64,000 nt of DNA from Candidatus Bathyarchaeota archaeon (lineage in GTDB: Archaea; Thermoproteota; Bathyarchaeia; TCS64). Location: contig CAVYLP010000006.1 in assembly GCA_963769425.1 (NCBI GenBank), positions 512,001 to 576,000 on the forward strand, in the 5' to 3' direction. Under the pieces are notes generated by a model. That model saw only the letters and a program-made list of their open reading frames with translations, had not been told where the DNA came from and searched no databases. Positions 60,379 through 64,000 of the stretch are shown here, in pieces (positions within the stretch are counted from its first letter, which is position 1; each line of letters opens with the position of its first letter). The position numbers were made by a program, and so were the translations under genes.

Positions 60379-60882
60379 TTACTCGGGCTGCTCCCACTGG
60401 TCTGGAGGGGCGTGGCCGTGTGTGAGGACGTCCCTGAAGAGCTGGTTCCACATATCCTTCTCCAGGATGACCTCCTTCTTCGCCACCATCTTCGTCAGGT
60501 TGTTGATGAGGAGGTGGTGCCTCACCTCGTCGCTCTTTATGTGATTCAGCATCATCCTGATGCGCTCGTCCTTCGTCTTCGCGAGGAGGTCGTCAACCGT
60601 CTTTATCATGTTGCCCTCGACCGCCTCGTGCTTCTGGAGGCTGGCGACGAGTTCGTTGTACTCGTCCTCCCCGAGGCTTAGGCTGTCGCCGTTGGCGATG
60701 GCGGCGCACGCCTTGAAGAGGCCGGAGTGCTTCTTGCTGTCGACGGCTATGGAGCCGATTATGTCCCTGAATATCTCGTTGCCATAGCCGCGGACCTCGC
60801 CGTCGAGCTTTACGGCGTAGTCGTTCTCCAACACGGATAACTGCTTGAACTTCTCGGCCATCTTCGGGTCCTTCTTGCTCAT
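60379..60882 (-). CDS. Ferritin-like four-helix-bundle protein
   Basis: Duplicated E...DSKKH and E...DEVRHH helix pairs. Confidence 0.8.
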   Translation of the reverse strand: MSKKDPKMAEKFKQLSVLENDYAVKLDGEVRGYGNEIFRDIIGSIAVDSKKHSGLFKACAAIANGDSLSLGEDEYNELVASLQKHEAVEGNMIKTVDDLLAKTKDERIRMMLNHIKSDEVRHHLLINNLTKMVAKKEVILEKDMWNQLFRDVLTHGHAPPDQWEQPE

Positions 60883-61004
60883 TTAGAATGCACCTATCTC
60901 CGGATTGGGAAGGATTCTTGATAAACCTTGACTCGGGTCCCCGTAACCCTTTTCAGGGATGTTTGCTCAGATAGCTGAGCCCCGTGTGTGGGTGAGGTGT
61001 CGTT

Positions 61005-62723
61005 GTGGCCGAGGACGCTATACTTCTACTCGTCGTGCCTCTACTCGCGTCGAGCGTCTTCGGCATTTTAGCGAGGCGTCTCGGCTTCTCAGCCGTCGCT
61101 GGCTACATCCTGGGCGGCGTGATAGTTGGCCCCATCCTCCACCTCGTCGACACCCAGAGCCCCCTCCTCAGCTTCTTGAGCGAACTGGGCATCATCCTCA
61201 TCTCCTTTGAGATCGGGCTCATTGTGAAGCTCGACTTCCTGAGCCGTAGCGGGTTGAAGTCGGGTGGCATCGTGGCGGTGGAGGTGGTGATCGTCTCCGC
61301 GTTGACGATGTTCTTCGGCACGGTCCTTCACCTCGCCTGGGGGGACGTGCTCGTCCTCGTCTTCATGGCGGTGAACACGAGCACCGCGATCACCTTCAAG
61401 ATGCTTGAGGAGAGGGGAATCAAGGACCCGGGGACCAGGGCGACGATCCTCGGCGTCGGAGCATTCGAGGACATAATAGCAATTGTCGGACTGAGCCTCT
61501 TCCCCGTCCTGGCCGCGGCTGGGAGGCCGAACCCTCTCAGCCTCATCCAGCTCCTAGTTAGCATCCTCCTCAGCGTCATCTTCATGATCTACCTCGGCCT
61601 CCGAGTCCTCGGACGCCCCCTCAGGTGGGCTGCTGGGAAGGAGAGCGAGATATTCCTAGCCTTAAGCCTTGCAGTGGTGCTCACCTATGCCTACGTCGGC
61701 GTCCTCACGGGGTTGAGCACGGCCTTCGGCGCCTTCATCGCTGGGCTCGTCGTCAGCAACCTCGGCGTTCAGGAGGTTGTGGAGGAGAGGATGAGGAGCA
61801 TAAGGGACCTTAGCGGCCTCATCTTCTTCTCAAGCATCGGGGCGAGCCTCCCGCTCGTCCACGACCCCACGCTCATTGCCGTCGCCATAATCGTCTCCCT
61901 CTTCGTCGTCTTCGTCAAGTACGTCGGCTTCAGCCTGAGCAGCTGGGTGATGGGGATCAGGCTGGAGGAGGGCTTCAGGCTCGGGCTCTATATGCTTGCG
62001 ATAAGCGAGTTCGGCGTAATCGTGGCGCGAAACGCCGCCGACTCGGGCCTCGCGAGTGAGAGCCTATACATGGTGAGTGTCATAGCCCTCGCCGGCTCCG
62101 CTATCATGTCGAGTGGGTTGATAATGTTTGAGAAGACATTGCCGGAGCGCCTCGCATCCCTCTTCCCGAGGCAGCTCAGGGAGAGGCTGGAGGGGACCTT
62201 CAAGGTCGTTGGTGAGGCTCTCGGCAAGGAGTCGGCGGTCTTCGAGGAGATACGCTCCGCTTTCTGGGAGCTGCTCAGGAGGGTGGCCATCATCCTGCTT
62301 GTCGTCGGTGCCGGGAATATAGTCATAACCTACGCGACGCCGGTCCTGATCCCCCAGCTGCTCAGGGGCTACGTCGACGCGGCCGTGGCAATCTTCACCA
62401 TAATAGTCGTCTTCATAGTCAGCGTTAGGATGCGCCGCGTCTACAGAAGGTTGATCAACGGCGTCGCCTCCCGGATGGGTCGACAGAGGAGTGTGAACGA
62501 CCGCGTTGAGAGGTTCCTCTACCTGGTCACCCTCGCCCTAGTGGCGACGACGATCCTCCTAGTCAGCTTCCCCCTGATTCTCAGGACCTTCGGTGGAGCA
62601 CTCGGCGAGCTGGGCAGCGGCCTCATTGTGCTCGTCGTGATCGTGGTGTTCTTCTTCTTCGCTTGGCGCGCTGCGTTAAACGCGACCCAGAGGCTGGAGG
62701 AAACATTCCAGATCAAGGGCTAG
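61005..62723 (+). CDS. CPA2-family cation:proton antiporter with extra C-terminal TM helices
   Basis: GYILGG..VGP, SELGI..ISFEIGL, TSTAI, FEDI, GAFIAG, FFSSIG, ISEF. Confidence 0.9.
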   Translation: MAEDAILLLVVPLLASSVFGILARRLGFSAVAGYILGGVIVGPILHLVDTQSPLLSFLSELGIILISFEIGLIVKLDFLSRSGLKSGGIVAVEVVIVSALTMFFGTVLHLAWGDVLVLVFMAVNTSTAITFKMLEERGIKDPGTRATILGVGAFEDIIAIVGLSLFPVLAAAGRPNPLSLIQLLVSILLSVIFMIYLGLRVLGRPLRWAAGKESEIFLALSLAVVLTYAYVGVLTGLSTAFGAFIAGLVVSNLGVQEVVEERMRSIRDLSGLIFFSSIGASLPLVHDPTLIAVAIIVSLFVVFVKYVGFSLSSWVMGIRLEEGFRLGLYMLAISEFGVIVARNAADSGLASESLYMVSVIALAGSAIMSSGLIMFEKTLPERLASLFPRQLRERLEGTFKVVGEALGKESAVFEEIRSAFWELLRRVAIILLVVGAGNIVITYATPVLIPQLLRGYVDAAVAIFTIIVVFIVSVRMRRVYRRLINGVASRMGRQRSVNDRVERFLYLVTLALVATTILLVSFPLILRTFGGALGELGSGLIVLVVIVVFFFFAWRAALNATQRLEETFQIKG

Positions 62724-62816
62724 CATTCTTTCGATGTTCTAATAATCGAGAGACAAGGCCGCCTAATGGGAATGTCGGGTGTATGGACCCTCGGGGAGGA
62801 TCATCGATCTGTGTGG

Positions 62817-63155
62817 CTAGGCCTCGGAGCGGTTGACGACCCTCTTGTTGACGCGTGTGAGGCTAATCTTCTCGTTTAAGTAGCGCTCTACCTCGTCGGC
62901 GTCGAATGGTTGGCAGCTGTAAACGTCTATGCTGATGCGGTTGCCCTCGGTGAAGGTGTGGATAGCTATGTGGCTCTTGTCTATGACGACGAAGCCCGTC
63001 CATCCCGGGTTGCAGGCGTTACCCTCGACGATGACGGGGCCCGCGATTATCTTCATGCCTATCCTGCCCGGGAGCTCGTGTAGGATGGATTCGACCGTCT
63101 CGCTAGCGACTGGGGCGCGCATCACGCCGTCGAGCATCAGGTGCAGGCCGATCAT
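62817..63155 (-). CDS. Pyruvoyl-dependent decarboxylase proenzyme, SpeD (AdoMetDC) family
   Basis: GLHLMLDG, GWTGFVVIDKSHIAIHTF, IDVYSC. Confidence 0.85.
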   Translation of the reverse strand: MIGLHLMLDGVMRAPVASETVESILHELPGRIGMKIIAGPVIVEGNACNPGWTGFVVIDKSHIAIHTFTEGNRISIDVYSCQPFDADEVERYLNEKISLTRVNKRVVNRSEA

Positions 63156-63241
63156 TCCTGCTGGATGCGGATATGTCCCGATATAAACCTTGGTGGTGCC
63201 CCTTCCCACGTTTTAAATCGGGTACCACCCGAATATCATCC

Positions 63242-63760
63242 ATGGTTGACGAGGTTCTGGTTAGGGAGATCGGGAGGCGCGCCCTCTTCTACGACAAGTA
63301 CAGTGGCTGCAGTCAGTCCGTGCTGCTCGCGCTCCAGGAAGGGCTGGGCGTTGGTGACCTTGAGTCTTTCAGGGCGGCGACGGTGCTGAGCGGCGGCGTC
63401 GCGAGGCGTGGGGAGACGTGCGGTGCGCTGCTGGGGGCGCTGATGGCGGTGGGCCTCGTCGACGGTAGGAGCAGGATGCCCGACACGCCCGCCTACGCGG
63501 CTGCCTGCGCCGAGGCGGACGCGATCGCCACCGAGTTCCAGCGCCGAGTCGAAAAGGAGTTCCACCTCAAGGAGCCGCTCAAGTCTACGATCTGCTGGGA
63601 CATCCAGAGGGGCATCTACGGGCGCAGCTACGACCTTCGCGACACGGGGCAGAGGGAGGCGTTCTACGCCTGCGGGGGGCACGGCGACGAGGGGTGCCCG
63701 AAGGTCTGCGGCATAGCCGCTGAGGTAGCGGCGGAGCGGCTCCTTCCAAATATCAAGTAG
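63242..63760 (+). CDS. C-GCAxxG-C-C family putative redox protein
   Basis: GCSQSV, GGV..GETCGALLG, TIC.DI, C-terminal CPKVC. Confidence 0.85.
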   Translation: MVDEVLVREIGRRALFYDKYSGCSQSVLLALQEGLGVGDLESFRAATVLSGGVARRGETCGALLGALMAVGLVDGRSRMPDTPAYAAACAEADAIATEFQRRVEKEFHLKEPLKSTICWDIQRGIYGRSYDLRDTGQREAFYACGGHGDEGCPKVCGIAAEVAAERLLPNIK

Positions 63761-63800
63761 ATGTGTCATGGTTTAAATCGGCCTAAGCCACGTCCCAGAT

Positions 63801-64000
63801 ATGGTAAACGCTGAGAAGGTCAAGGCGATAAGGGCGAAGGCCCACGCGAATGAGAACATGAGCGGTTGCAGTCAGGCAGTTATTGCAGCGCTTCAGGAGG
63901 GGCTCGCCATCGGCGATGTTCAGAGCCTCAAGGCGGCTTCTGCCTTCGCCGGCGGCATGGCGAGGAGGGGGGAGTCCTGCGGCGCCCTCGTCGGCGCCTT
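63801..64000 (+). CDS. Second C-GCAxxG-C-C family protein, runs off the window
   Basis: MVNAEKV...SGCSQAVIAALQEGLAIGD...AGGMARRGESCGALVGA. Confidence 0.85.
   Translation, partial: MVNAEKVKAIRAKAHANENMSGCSQAVIAALQEGLAIGDVQSLKAASAFAGGMARRGESCGALVGA

Overview
GC-rich archaeal chromosomal segment. CarS, RadB, XPD, archaeal-type PGK and GlyA, and TATA-type promoters show it is archaeal; the gene content suggests Bathyarchaeia, which is inference only. It holds about 55 CDS and two intronless tRNAs (Cys-GCA, Pro-TGG). The CDS cover purine/pyrimidine and central metabolism, several amidohydrolases, a sulfur-handling cluster, a large S-layer-like surface protein and two tandem giant REC-PAS-histidine kinases. 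I saw no transposase, integrase, rRNA or CRISPR array. Several otherwise intact genes carry one single-base frameshift, often in short homopolymers, which looks like long-read assembly error. Three loci look like true pseudogenes. The best candidates for undescribed biology are: (1) a ~22-bp-phased array of a 19-bp quasi-palindromic motif (GGTACCnnGTAGnnGGGTA) that also brackets an internal fragment of a D-aminoacylase gene; (2) two tandem M24-fold proteins lacking their metal ligands, followed by an M14 deacylase (EutD/EutE-like layout); (3) a PyrI-PyrE fusion; (4) a MurL-like ATP-dependent enzyme in an archaeon; (5) 20-bp-phased TGT(A/C)TACA palindromes and a pair of RHH proteins upstream of the S-layer-like gene. 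All family calls come from reading motifs by eye; no database searches were run.
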